Source of the DNA: a virus | Taxonomy: Duplodnaviria > Caudoviricetes | Strand: one strand, 5' to 3' | Virus record (IMG/VR): IMGVR_UViG_3300037047_000329 | Span: 1-41,862 of that record | DNA: 41,862 bases | Shown here: positions 28,464-37,700 of the stretch, piece by piece | Layout of the letters: each line of letters begins with the position of its first letter | Position numbering within the stretch: the stretch's first letter is position 1 | The notes under the pieces: model-generated | The model's database searches: none | What the model was told of the DNA's origin: nothing | Seen by the model: the letters and a program-made list of their open reading frames with translations, nothing else | Translations under genes and position numbers: made by a program

Positions 28464-29609
28464 TTATTGTTTATAAATTTCTGACTCAAAGTCGATGTAC
28501 GGATGTGCATTGGCTTTTTCTTCAGTTGTGTTTGTGATCGTGTGTGTGGCACCAGGCTGTAAACCCAAGGCGGCAATCTTAGCTTGTAAAGCAGTAATGG
28601 CGCTGGCAACATCGGTTGCTTTTGCATCACCTTCTAAAGCCAATGATTCATTTACTTCGGCAACAATTGCATCAAAGCCACTGTTGGCAGCATCAACACT
28701 TTGTTGAATTTCGGTTGCTTTTAATTCTGCATCGGCTTGTGCGGCCAAGGCAGTTTCTTTAAGTTCCAGTTCAAAATTAGCGGCAGCTTGTAACTCCGTA
28801 ATTTTGTTTTCAACTGAATCGGCTTCTTCTTCGGTCAATAAAATACCGTTGGAAGCTTCGCCGTCCTCAAACTTTTTGTTTAGGACCGCTTCAATATTGG
28901 CATAGGTTTTATTCATAATATTTTCAGGTTGTGTTTGCAAAGGTTTGGTGTCTTCAAAATTCATATTGGCATAAAGCTTCATCACATCTAAAGGCGACAT
29001 ATCTTTTATATTTTCGGGCAATTCAATTTTTTTGGAAGTCAATATTTCATCAAAAAAACCAAGTCCCAAGGCTTTTTTTCCTACGAAATAATTGTCGGAA
29101 AAATTCAAATATTTAGCCGCCACGTCTTCAGAAGATATTCCGAGTTTTTCTTCAATTATAGAAGAAAGGGCTTCGTCATAGCTTTTTAAAGTTTCGGCAC
29201 TTTCTTTTAATTCTTTGGCATTTCCGTAGGCATAAGTAGATCCGTTGTGAAACATTAACATACTGTTGGCGTAACCATAAACAGTATCTCCGGCCAAAGC
29301 AATTAAGCTGGCCATTGAATAAGCAATGCCGTCAACATATGTTTTTACGGTGGCTGTAGAATTACGAAGCGCATTGTAAATTGGAAGTCCGTCCCAAATG
29401 TTACCACCAGGCGAATTAATACGAACGTGAATAATATCAAATGCAGCTTCCAGTGCTGTAAAATCTTTTACAAACTGGTTTGCGGTATTTATTGGTTTCC
29501 AAGCATCAAAATCCCAACCGCCAATAACACCATAAATAAATATAGTGGCTTCTTTTTTGGATTCATCTTTTTTAATGTTGTAAAATCCTTTGTATTTCGA
29601 GTTTTCCAA
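28464..29609 (-). CDS. ClpP-type prohead protease fused to scaffold
   Basis: INSPGG, DGIAYSMAS (Ser), MFH (His); C-terminal Ala/Glu coiled coil; TTG start. Confidence 0.88.
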   Translation of the reverse strand: MENSKYKGFYNIKKDESKKEATIFIYGVIGGWDFDAWKPINTANQFVKDFTALEAAFDIIHVRINSPGGNIWDGLPIYNALRNSTATVKTYVDGIAYSMASLIALAGDTVYGYANSMLMFHNGSTYAYGNAKELKESAETLKSYDEALSSIIEEKLGISSEDVAAKYLNFSDNYFVGKKALGLGFFDEILTSKKIELPENIKDMSPLDVMKLYANMNFEDTKPLQTQPENIMNKTYANIEAVLNKKFEDGEASNGILLTEEEADSVENKITELQAAANFELELKETALAAQADAELKATEIQQSVDAANSGFDAIVAEVNESLALEGDAKATDVASAITALQAKIAALGLQPGATHTITNTTEEKANAHPYIDFESEIYKQ

Positions 29610-29643
29610 TGGCTTTGATTTAAGGTTGAGATTAATTCAAAGA

Positions 29644-29678
29644 CAAGGTTACAACGATGTGATTCCTTAAAAAAGGAC
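29644..29678 (-). promoter_or_regulatory. Late promoter motif copy 7 (head operon)
   Basis: GTCCTTTTTTAAGGAATCACATCGTTGTAACCTTG. Confidence 0.7.
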
Positions 29679-29688
29679 AAAGCAAATA

Positions 29689-30225
29689 TTACAGTTCCTG
29701 CGCCAGTGTAAAAGCAAGGCCACGGCTATAAATATTAAATGTGATATTTTCAAATAGTTTTTCGGCACCTAAAACTTCACCATACATTTTTATGGCATAA
29801 CCTTTTAATACGGAAGGATCATTTGAATGGATTGGATCATATTCAAATAACAAAGGCTGTGCTTTTGTACCATATAAATAAGAAGTTTGGCGTTTTGAAA
29901 TTAAAGTGATCACCTCTTTATTTTGGTATTTTTCTAAAAGCGCCTGTAAATTTTTATCCTGCGGCGTTAATGTAAATGCAATGTTTGGCGTATAAACAAC
30001 ACCCTGGTCTGTAATTTTTGAACCGGCATCAACCCGGATATTTTTAGGAAGCAGTTCCGCAATTAAAACCTGAGAAGTATCCGGTATGTTTGTGATAATA
30101 TTTTCAATGGTTTCATCGGATGTTAAATTGTTGAAGTAAGGAAGTTGGGAAACTTCAAAAATGGCAATTTTAAAAAAAGTGTCAATTTGGTGTTCGTTTC
30201 CAATATTGCAAAGTTCTTGTATCAT
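29689..30225 (-). CDS. Tail-tube-fold paralogue (putative)
   Basis: LLEKYQNKEVITLI...YGTKAQP aligns by eye with FIRKYQNVGMIFIV...IGSKNSP of 26242-26811. Confidence 0.45.
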   Translation of the reverse strand: MIQELCNIGNEHQIDTFFKIAIFEVSQLPYFNNLTSDETIENIITNIPDTSQVLIAELLPKNIRVDAGSKITDQGVVYTPNIAFTLTPQDKNLQALLEKYQNKEVITLISKRQTSYLYGTKAQPLLFEYDPIHSNDPSVLKGYAIKMYGEVLGAEKLFENITFNIYSRGLAFTLAQEL

Positions 30226-30279
30226 TATTTTATGGTTTAAATTGAAGGGACAATATTAACAAATGCGAATATTGTCTAC

Positions 30280-30756
30280 CTAAAAAATCATTAATTGTAA
30301 ATCTTCTTTTTTGCGTTTAAAATCCCTATAAATACTTTCCAACTTAATGTCATCCTCAGTAATATCGTATATTTTAAGGTAATTTCTAATGCCTTCCAAA
30401 AACTGTTCTTTAGATTTAAAAGAATTTACATAAACGTGAAAATACATTTCATCGCGAAAAAGTTTGTCAATCATTTTATTAAAAGCCTGTCCGCTTTTTA
30501 CGCCTAAAAAAATGCCATTGCGCAAATACGAGTATTCTTTAATCACAATATTGAAACTCCTGGTATATCTGGTCTTTGAAATTTTAAGGTCGTTGTTTTT
30601 TCCCAGTGATGAAAGGACAATATTGCCAATAATGTCGTTTCTGTTGGCGGTGTAGGTGTCGCTGCCGCATCTTTTAACCAAAAATTTGTAAACGTGATCT
30701 GCAACCGGAATGGTTTCAGTAATGGAATAGTCTAAATTCATCGAAGTTTTAATCAA
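30280..30756 (-). CDS. Candidate late transcription activator
   Basis: At early/late boundary; RHH-like N-terminus (TIPVADHVYKFL), HTH-like basic C-terminus (ITEDDIKLESIYRDFKRKK); ORF solid, function inferred. Confidence 0.45.
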   Translation of the reverse strand: MIKTSMNLDYSITETIPVADHVYKFLVKRCGSDTYTANRNDIIGNIVLSSLGKNNDLKISKTRYTRSFNIVIKEYSYLRNGIFLGVKSGQAFNKMIDKLFRDEMYFHVYVNSFKSKEQFLEGIRNYLKIYDITEDDIKLESIYRDFKRKKEDLQLMIF

Positions 30757-30855
30757 ATATATAGAAATTTGTCTATATAAAAAGAAATATTTTATAAAAT
30801 TTTCTGCGGAAATATTTTTTTATGAAAAACGGACCAATTTTAAAACCAATTACCA

Positions 30856-31308
30856 TTTTGTTGGAAACGCCGTTCAACTTTTCCAACAAAATACTAACTA
30901 TTTAATTATCAAATAGTTAATTATTTTAAGGTTGTTGGACTTTGTTGAACGGCTGTTCAATTTGTTGGAACGGCAAAAATGCGGTTCAACAAAGTCCAAC
31001 ACATTTATTTTGATTTTATTCAGATAAATATAAGATAAGTATTTTATTATTAAATAGTTAGTATAAATAATAACTATAGTGTTGGAAAAGTTGAAAAGTT
31101 GAACCGCTTTTATCTTACATTTTTTCGCCTTAAATGATTTTATACAAATAGGGGTGCGGGGATGCCATATATTTCCATAAAAAAATGATTTGAAAAAATA
31201 GAATGTGATCCAGTTTATATAGAATATTGTCTCAACGGTTCAACAATCTAAAAAACCTTTGATTTTAGGCAGTAATTGCCTGTTTTGGATGGTGGACTTT
31301 GTTGAACG
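30856..31308. other. Putative phage replication origin
   Basis: 600-bp non-coding AT-rich gap with many GTTGAA/GTTGGA repeats in both orientations; 18-bp perfect inverted repeat 30933-30950/30984-31001. Confidence 0.6.
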
Positions 31309-31309
31309 T

Positions 31310-31331
31310 AAAAACCCGCTAAAAAGCGGGT
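31310..31331 (-). terminator. Terminator at end of early operon
   Basis: ACCCGCT stem, T5 tract on minus strand. Confidence 0.7.
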
Positions 31332-31360
31332 GAATTACTGTGGTGTGCGGAATTGTGGAC

Positions 31361-31771
31361 TTATTCGCTTTCCTTCAAAATATAGTTGGTGTCAATATCC
31401 CTGCAGCCTTTTTCTGAAGATATTACAAAGCAACTTACTTTCTTTTTTACAAATGCACAGGCGAACACATATTTATAGCGCAGCAGCTTATGTTTGGAAA
31501 ACAGATCCAATTGTACGTTTGGGATAACGTTATGCGCCGGAACATCAAAAACAGCATACACAATGTTGTTTTGTTTTAAAACGCCCTCAAATCGCATAAA
31601 ATAGCCTTCCTGCATTTCAAACGATGTTCTTTTTTTAATGCCAAGTTTCACCACCTTTTCTCCAGGAAGCAACGTAGTGTTATTTGTAAATTGAAGCTGG
31701 CGCTTTTTAATCTTAACCGGTTCATCAAACGCCAGGTACTCGGCACCGTATTTTGGTATAATTGCAATCAT
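31361..31771 (-). CDS. Hypothetical protein
   Basis: 136 aa, co-oriented, ends before terminator. Confidence 0.6.
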   Translation of the reverse strand: MIAIIPKYGAEYLAFDEPVKIKKRQLQFTNNTTLLPGEKVVKLGIKKRTSFEMQEGYFMRFEGVLKQNNIVYAVFDVPAHNVIPNVQLDLFSKHKLLRYKYVFACAFVKKKVSCFVISSEKGCRDIDTNYILKESE

Positions 31772-31866
31772 AAATTAAATTTTTTTTGATATATAATGTC
31801 AATAAAGATTTGGGAATAACTAATGAAGATCGCAGCAATATTTCTCGGCTGAAAAAGCCTCGAAAG

Positions 31867-31936
31867 ACTGCTGCCAACACCTGATAAACAAAAGTTTTTT
31901 GAAATAAAAAACCTTGGCTTATCAGTTAGTTACTGT
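31867..31936. repeat. Long imperfect palindrome, attC-like
   Basis: GCCAAC-ac-ctgataaacaaaagtttttt-gaaat-aaaaaaccttggcttatcag-TTAGTT; 17/20 inner pairing. Confidence 0.5.
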
Positions 31937-32052
31937 TTATATTGGGCTGATGGAAACTCCATCCAGAAAAATCCTATTTTACCACCCAAAACAAACAGTA
32001 ACTTCCAATAAAATTAATCCGTTAATTCAGGTTTAAATCAAAATTTGCGCTA

Positions 32053-32520
32053 TTAAATATTTTTCCCCTCGCTTTTTTTAATTAGAGAATAAAAAGAAAT
32101 TAATCCGTTTTCAATTCTAAATTTAGCGGAACTATTTGCAAACGCTAATTTGTTTTTGTAATCAAACATTTTTGCAATTGCATCATCTGTAATATTCAAT
32201 TCTTTCTTAATATCTTGAATGGTTGTTTTTTGTAAATACCCATTAAAATCATTTCCACCAACAAACAAATTAACTTCCAATCCTAAATATTTATTTAGAT
32301 CTTTTTCAAGTTTCGTAATATTCAATTGCTTGTTGTCAAAAATCAATATTTCATCACCAACTTCTTTGTTTACATTTTTTTGTTTAAATATCGTTGGGTT
32401 TATTTGGTAATTTCCGGAAGCATTAGAAACAACTTTGCTTGCATCTACTATTTTTATCCAGCCTAAATGTCCGTTCTCTCTAACTTTAGCTAAAACGTCT
32501 TGTAATAATATTGTTCTCAT
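32053..32520 (-). CDS. Protein with C-terminal HTH-like domain
   Basis: TIQDIKKELNITDDAIAKMFDY helix-turn-helix pattern. Confidence 0.6.
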   Translation of the reverse strand: MRTILLQDVLAKVRENGHLGWIKIVDASKVVSNASGNYQINPTIFKQKNVNKEVGDEILIFDNKQLNITKLEKDLNKYLGLEVNLFVGGNDFNGYLQKTTIQDIKKELNITDDAIAKMFDYKNKLAFANSSAKFRIENGLISFYSLIKKSEGKNI

Positions 32521-32522
32521 AA

Positions 32523-32831
32523 TTAAAAGTTTAAGGTTATATTTTCAAATTTTGCCATTTCTTCGGTGATTATTCTAACTTGATTTACTGTGAAACGTTT
32601 GTTTTGGCCAACAGATGTAATTACTTCTTTTACAAATTTATTATTTGTCAAAACAAATAATTGTCTTAGTGTATTCAGAACTTCCTCATTTGTGATTATA
32701 TAAGAAATACTTGTGTTTGAATAACTTTTTTGATTTGCAGTATATTTTGAAGCGTATTCCATTTTTAATCTTAAATTGAAAGGAAGATCATACTCAGTCA
32801 TTTGTTCATTTATTGTTTTTACAGTTGTCAT
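32523..32831 (-). CDS. Hypothetical protein, first gene of two-gene module
   Basis: 102 aa with own promoter. Confidence 0.65.
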   Translation of the reverse strand: MTTVKTINEQMTEYDLPFNLRLKMEYASKYTANQKSYSNTSISYIITNEEVLNTLRQLFVLTNNKFVKEVITSVGQNKRFTVNQVRIITEEMAKFENITLNF

Positions 32832-32854
32832 ATCTTTAGGTTTTTAATTATACT

Positions 32855-32918
32855 CAAAGATAAGTATAAACTTAATACTACGCAAGTATTTTTACAATTA
32901 TTTTAAGTAAATACTTAA
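32855..32918 (-). promoter_or_regulatory. Host-type promoter with two palindromic operators
   Basis: Minus strand TTG...TATCTTTG; TAAGT-N4-ACTTA at 32861-32874 and 32904-32917. Confidence 0.65.
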
Positions 32919-33082
32919 CTATTTACGAAAACTTTACGAAACTTTTTATAATACCGCAGTTTTGCTGGCGCAATTAGCCAACGCTAAAATATTTAATTGT
33001 AAGTTTTTTCTTTTCAAATTCAGTTTTTCAAAGAACGGCCTAATTTTATCGGTATTCGTTAAATGCAATGCTTAGTTTGTAG

Positions 33083-33508
33083 TTAAATAGAAAAACCAAA
33101 ACCAACCAATTTTTTCATCAAACTATCTTTTATGGCATTTTTTTCACATAAAAGCACACCTAATATTTGCAAGGTTAATTTATCAGATAATGGTTGTGAA
33201 AAATTGCGATCTGATTTTTTAGTCCTTACCCCATCCATGTAGATTTTAAATCTATCTGCAGGATAAAATGAGTTTCTAAATGCATCTATAGCCTTATCTT
33301 CAATCGTCATAGAACCATCTTCATCAAAACTTACTTTTTCCTTTGCTTCTTTGGCTTTGGTTAAATTTTCAACATTTATGGCCAGTTGAATGTTGGTTTC
33401 ATTATTTAAAATAATATGTGCCAGTTTGTCTATTTCAATAATTTCAGCATCAATTAATTTAATTTTCTCTAAAATTTTGGTTGCTTTTTCCAATTTGTTA
33501 ATGTTCAT
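33083..33508 (-). CDS. Hypothetical early protein
   Basis: 141 aa ORF, A-rich start context. Confidence 0.65.
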   Translation of the reverse strand: MNINKLEKATKILEKIKLIDAEIIEIDKLAHIILNNETNIQLAINVENLTKAKEAKEKVSFDEDGSMTIEDKAIDAFRNSFYPADRFKIYMDGVRTKKSDRNFSQPLSDKLTLQILGVLLCEKNAIKDSLMKKLVGFGFSI

Positions 33509-33567
33509 TTTATTATAATTTAGGTTATTAATTAGTTGCTTTGGTTGTACTATTTAATTGGCAGTAA

Positions 33568-33789
33568 TTATACAGATACACAATAAAAGTAAGAACTCCC
33601 AAAAGAATTAAAGATAGGATGCTCAATACCTTCTTTCTGTTTAAAATACACTGAAAGAAACTCCCAATCTGTTTTAAGGGTTATTTCAGATAAAGGAGCA
33701 GGTAAATATTTAGGAATAGGCTTAAACTCCATTTTGTCTGGATTTTCTGTGTCAAAAATTACGTTTTCAGGTCTTTTTAAAATTTTCAT
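33568..33789 (-). CDS. Hypothetical early protein
   Basis: 73 aa ORF, co-oriented. Confidence 0.55.
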   Translation of the reverse strand: MKILKRPENVIFDTENPDKMEFKPIPKYLPAPLSEITLKTDWEFLSVYFKQKEGIEHPIFNSFGSSYFYCVSV

Positions 33790-33911
33790 ATTAATGTTTT
33801 TTAGTTAATTCATTTAAAAAAACCGCCAGCAGTCCTTATTTTCGATTTTACACAACCAGGTTAAAAAAATATGATTTATCCAAGATGTTCGGTTTCTCTG
33901 GCGGTGCTTGT

Positions 33912-34205
33912 TTACCACTTAGTTTCTTTCGGACAATCTTTTGCCTGGCGTTCCATAAAAGTTATAAAATTGGAAAAGGCTGTTTTTAAACTAAAGCGGG
34001 TTGTTTTATTAAAATGCCTGCGCAACAAATAACTTCGCGCAATACTGATCACTGTAAAATACAGTGTAATTTGAAGATTCTTTCCGGGTGAACTTACAAT
34101 TCCCATTAAAGGTAAAATAAGCGAAAGTGAAATTAATGAGATGAAATAGCCAACAGCAACATTTACCATAGCTTCTTTAAATGATTGTTTTTTGGTTTGG
34201 CTCAT
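33912..34205 (-). CDS. Conserved phage two-TM membrane protein
   Basis: QTKKQSF.EA..NV.VG...FTVISIARSYLLRRHFN pattern. Confidence 0.7.
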   Translation of the reverse strand: MSQTKKQSFKEAMVNVAVGYFISLISLSLILPLMGIVSSPGKNLQITLYFTVISIARSYLLRRHFNKTTRFSLKTAFSNFITFMERQAKDCPKETKW

Positions 34206-34372
34206 TACTTTTTAATTTTTAAAAGTTGATTTTTTGTTTTACAATAGCTTTCTTTTTCTTTGGCATTATCCCAAACAAGCCAACATCTGTTTTTATTCCA
34301 TTTTGGAGCTTTGTATTTTGGCTTTGGTTCAATTGGCGTTAATTCTTCCGGCTTTGGTGTTTCTTTTTTCAT
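34205..34372 (-). CDS. Small basic ORF, 55 aa (not in ORF track)
   Basis: MKKETPKPEELTPIEPKPKY...; TAATG-coupled to next gene. Confidence 0.55.
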   Translation of the reverse strand: MKKETPKPEELTPIEPKPKYKAPKWNKNRCWLVWDNAKEKESYCKTKNQLLKIKK

Positions 34373-34388
34373 TGGTATTATTGATTTA

Positions 34389-34691
34389 TTAATTATTAAA
34401 AGGATTCTTAGCGATGTAAACCATATCGTTTTTTAACCATTCGGCAAGGTCTTGCAAGTTTGTACGGTCATTTAATATATATGGCGTGGACCCTATTTGC
34501 AAAGTGACCATACTTCGCAGCCAAAATATAACGCCTGTGCGTAATCTCATTTTACGTTCCCTGGCACCATCGGCCAAAATAACCCAAGAATCAAATTCTT
34601 TAAGGTCTTCAGGAAGCGCCAATATCAATTCAAGGGTAACTTCTTCTGGCTTTAAAACCATTGGTCTGGTGCAATATGCTGTTGCTGTCAT
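34389..34691 (-). CDS. Hypothetical protein
   Basis: 100 aa, 12 bp after primase. Confidence 0.65.
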   Translation of the reverse strand: MTATAYCTRPMVLKPEEVTLELILALPEDLKEFDSWVILADGARERKMRLRTGVIFWLRSMVTLQIGSTPYILNDRTNLQDLAEWLKNDMVYIAKNPFNN

Positions 34692-34703
34692 AATTTCAAA
34701 TTT

Positions 34704-37700
34704 TTAAAATGGTAATTCATCATCCTCTGCTTTAGGCTTCGGCATTTCTACGGTTGAAGTGGTCGTTTCATTTTCTTTTGGAGAATTATCTATTTCAAGG
34801 TTTAGAAAGTCTTTCATTGCTTCATAATCAAAAGCATAACAGCTTTGCGAGCCAGCCGTTGAAAACCTTCTGCCTTTTATCAATCCAATAAAATAGCTTC
34901 GGCTTTTAAAATATTGGCGAAGCGTTGTTTGTCCAATTACATCAACACCTTCGCGTTTACTTACTTCTTTGTTATAAAATTGGTACACGCTTTTTAATCG
35001 TAAAAACAGTATTTTTTTACGTTCCGGGTTGGCATATTGCCACTCGGTTCGGTTTTCTCCCAATACTTTAAATGTAACCGGCTGTTCAATGGTAAATTCC
35101 AAGTCTTCTTGAATAATTTTGTTTTCAAATAAAAATGCGATTATGCTCCAAAACTCGGTAAGTCCGTTGCTGTCGGTAATTTGCTCACTGTTTTCAATAA
35201 TCAGTTTTACGCACATCGCTTCAACAGAAGCATCGGTAAAAGGAAATTTAATTTTGTCTTTTAAAATGGTGTAGGTAGTTAGCAGCATCGCAGTGTTATC
35301 AAAAATACGACCTTGGTACTCTTTGCCATCCAGCGCTTCTTTTAGATTTCTTACTGTTTGCATGTGTACCACCGGGAGGTTACTTTCAAAATACGCTCGA
35401 TGCTGCACAACATCTACCACCAAACTGCTCACTCCGGCATTTGTCCAGTTCAACAGCTTGTTATAATTTTCTTTTTCAACCGATGAAAATTCACGGCTTT
35501 GGAATAACCAACTTATAGTCCTTGTGGCCAAGGCGTTTTCCATTCGTGTTGGCATAAATTGCCCGGCATAATAAATGGCCGAATTAATTTTATCGTATTG
35601 CGTGCGCTTGTCGCCGCTGTTCATCCCTTTTTCCCGTCCAATTCCATTCCAAGCGCCCATCATTCCGCTGAAAATCTTTTCATCGCATTGTTTGTCCTGG
35701 TATTCATCCAAAAACTGAACGGTGTTTACGTTTCTGCTCAATCTTCGGCTAAAACCAACGTGTGTGGCTTGCGTTAAATCCAAGGCAGGGAGCCTGTAAT
35801 AAAAGAAGTTTTGCAATATTTTACCAAAACCCGACTTTCCGGAATCCTTTTCACCAAAACCGCCCATTAACGGAAAACTGTCGTAATGTTCCAAAAACAA
35901 GTCTCTAAAAATGCTGGCAAAATTGAATAAAATACCGCCGGCACCTTTCTCCTGAAACACCAATATCATTTGCTCCATCCATTGCATAAGCGTAATGCCG
36001 CTTTCTTTGTACACAAATGTCCGGTCATTTTCATATTTATCGTCACCATCTTGGTTATCGGAGTGCATCACACTAAAAGCAGGCGAATAATAGTAATCAA
36101 TCTTTTGATTGTATTCGGTTTTGGCCGTGTCTATGCCTTCCAAATGCATAATGCCATACTTATTAACGCCTCTAAATTTTCCTTCCCAAAAAACGCCGTC
36201 AGCAAAAGCGAAAAAGCCTTTTTTATTCCAGCCCATCGTTAATAATTCCAATGCAGGCTCAAACATATCATCGTAACGGTAAACAAACTTGTCAAAATGC
36301 TCAGTTCTTACGCCGTTGTGCGTTAAAAACATAAAGCCGCCAATCCTAAAAAGGTATTTTCTGAATTCGGCAAAATTGGCCAACATATCACTGTCAAAAT
36401 CAATGAGTTTCTTTTTGCCTTTTACGTTGGTAATTTCACAAAGCCTTTTATTTTCTTTATCGCCTTGGATGTGAAATAAAGGTTGCAATCCAAAGGTTGT
36501 GCCTTGGAAAAAGCCACCACCATCACTGCGCTGAAACCAGTAAGAATTATCTACAGTCACAAAACCGTGTTGCAAATATTCTTCTTTATCGGCGCCTTTT
36601 GGCAATCTTAAATTTTGGGTTGCGGGAACGCCAATGGTTTTTTCTTTGTTTTCGGTTTCTTTGCGTTCTAAATTGCCGATTTCAGTTTTTAAAGTGCCAA
36701 CGGTAACATCAAAACTTTTGGCAATCAGTTTAAGATATTCCGTGCGCTTAACTTCCTGTTTAATGTTAAAAAGCGTTTTGCAAATTTCCTGAAAAGCTTC
36801 ATTCTTTTTGGTAGGATCAATGCGCGCAACATTGGCAATTTCTTGTTTAGATTCCTTTGAAATAAGGTTAATTTCTTCGCGCAAATTGCGGTTGAATTCT
36901 TTTGCGTTGCGTAATTCTTCGCCTTTTAATTCGGCAATGGTTTCATCTGAAATAAATTCCGATTTTAAAGCGCCAATATTTAATAAAGCAACTTCATTTA
37001 TGGTATCAATGTCGCTTTGATAATAATCGCGCTCAATATCATATTGTTCTACTTTCCAAAGCAAAGCATCTTTTTTGTTCGCCTGGATCCACTCATTCAT
37101 TTCATTTTTATGCTTCCGGGCAAAAGAATCAGGATCTTCGCCTTCAGGCAATTCACAAAGCGAAACGTTTAAGCCGTTAGAAAGGCAAATATCAATGTCT
37201 TTTATGGTGGCATTTTTACCGGCTTTATCACCATCGCGCAAAAGAATTACTTCTTCAGCATATTTTCTCAACAGTTGGGCGTGGTTTTCAGTTAATGCGG
37301 TTCCGCAACTGGCCACCGTATTTTCACAGCCGTTTTGAAACATCGAAATTACATCGGTATAGCCTTCGGTTAATATTACGGTGCCTGTTTTTGCAATCGC
37401 TTTCTTTGCCTGAAACAAGCCATACAACACATCGCTTTTTATGTAAACCGGACTTTCTTTTGAGTTTAAATATTTTGGAAACTTGGCATCTTCTTCGGCA
37501 TTGCTTCTTCGGCCGCCAAAGCCAACCACAGTTCCTTTATCATTATGGATTGGGAATATGATACGGTTTTTAAATTTATCAAAGCTGGCGTTGTTTTGTG
37601 TGTCGCTTAAACCTAAATCTTTGGCAACAGACAATGTTCCTTTTTCCATTGCCCATTTGGTAAGCGTATTTTCTAAAGGCGCATAACCAATTTGAAAGTC

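Noticed and set aside
30226-30251. GTCCCTTC upstream of 29689-30225 as a further late promoter
   Set aside because: T run is broken, no A at position 29, and the ATG falls inside the spacer
30856-31308. CRISPR mini-array
   Set aside because: Repeats are short, in both orientations and irregularly spaced; no cas genes
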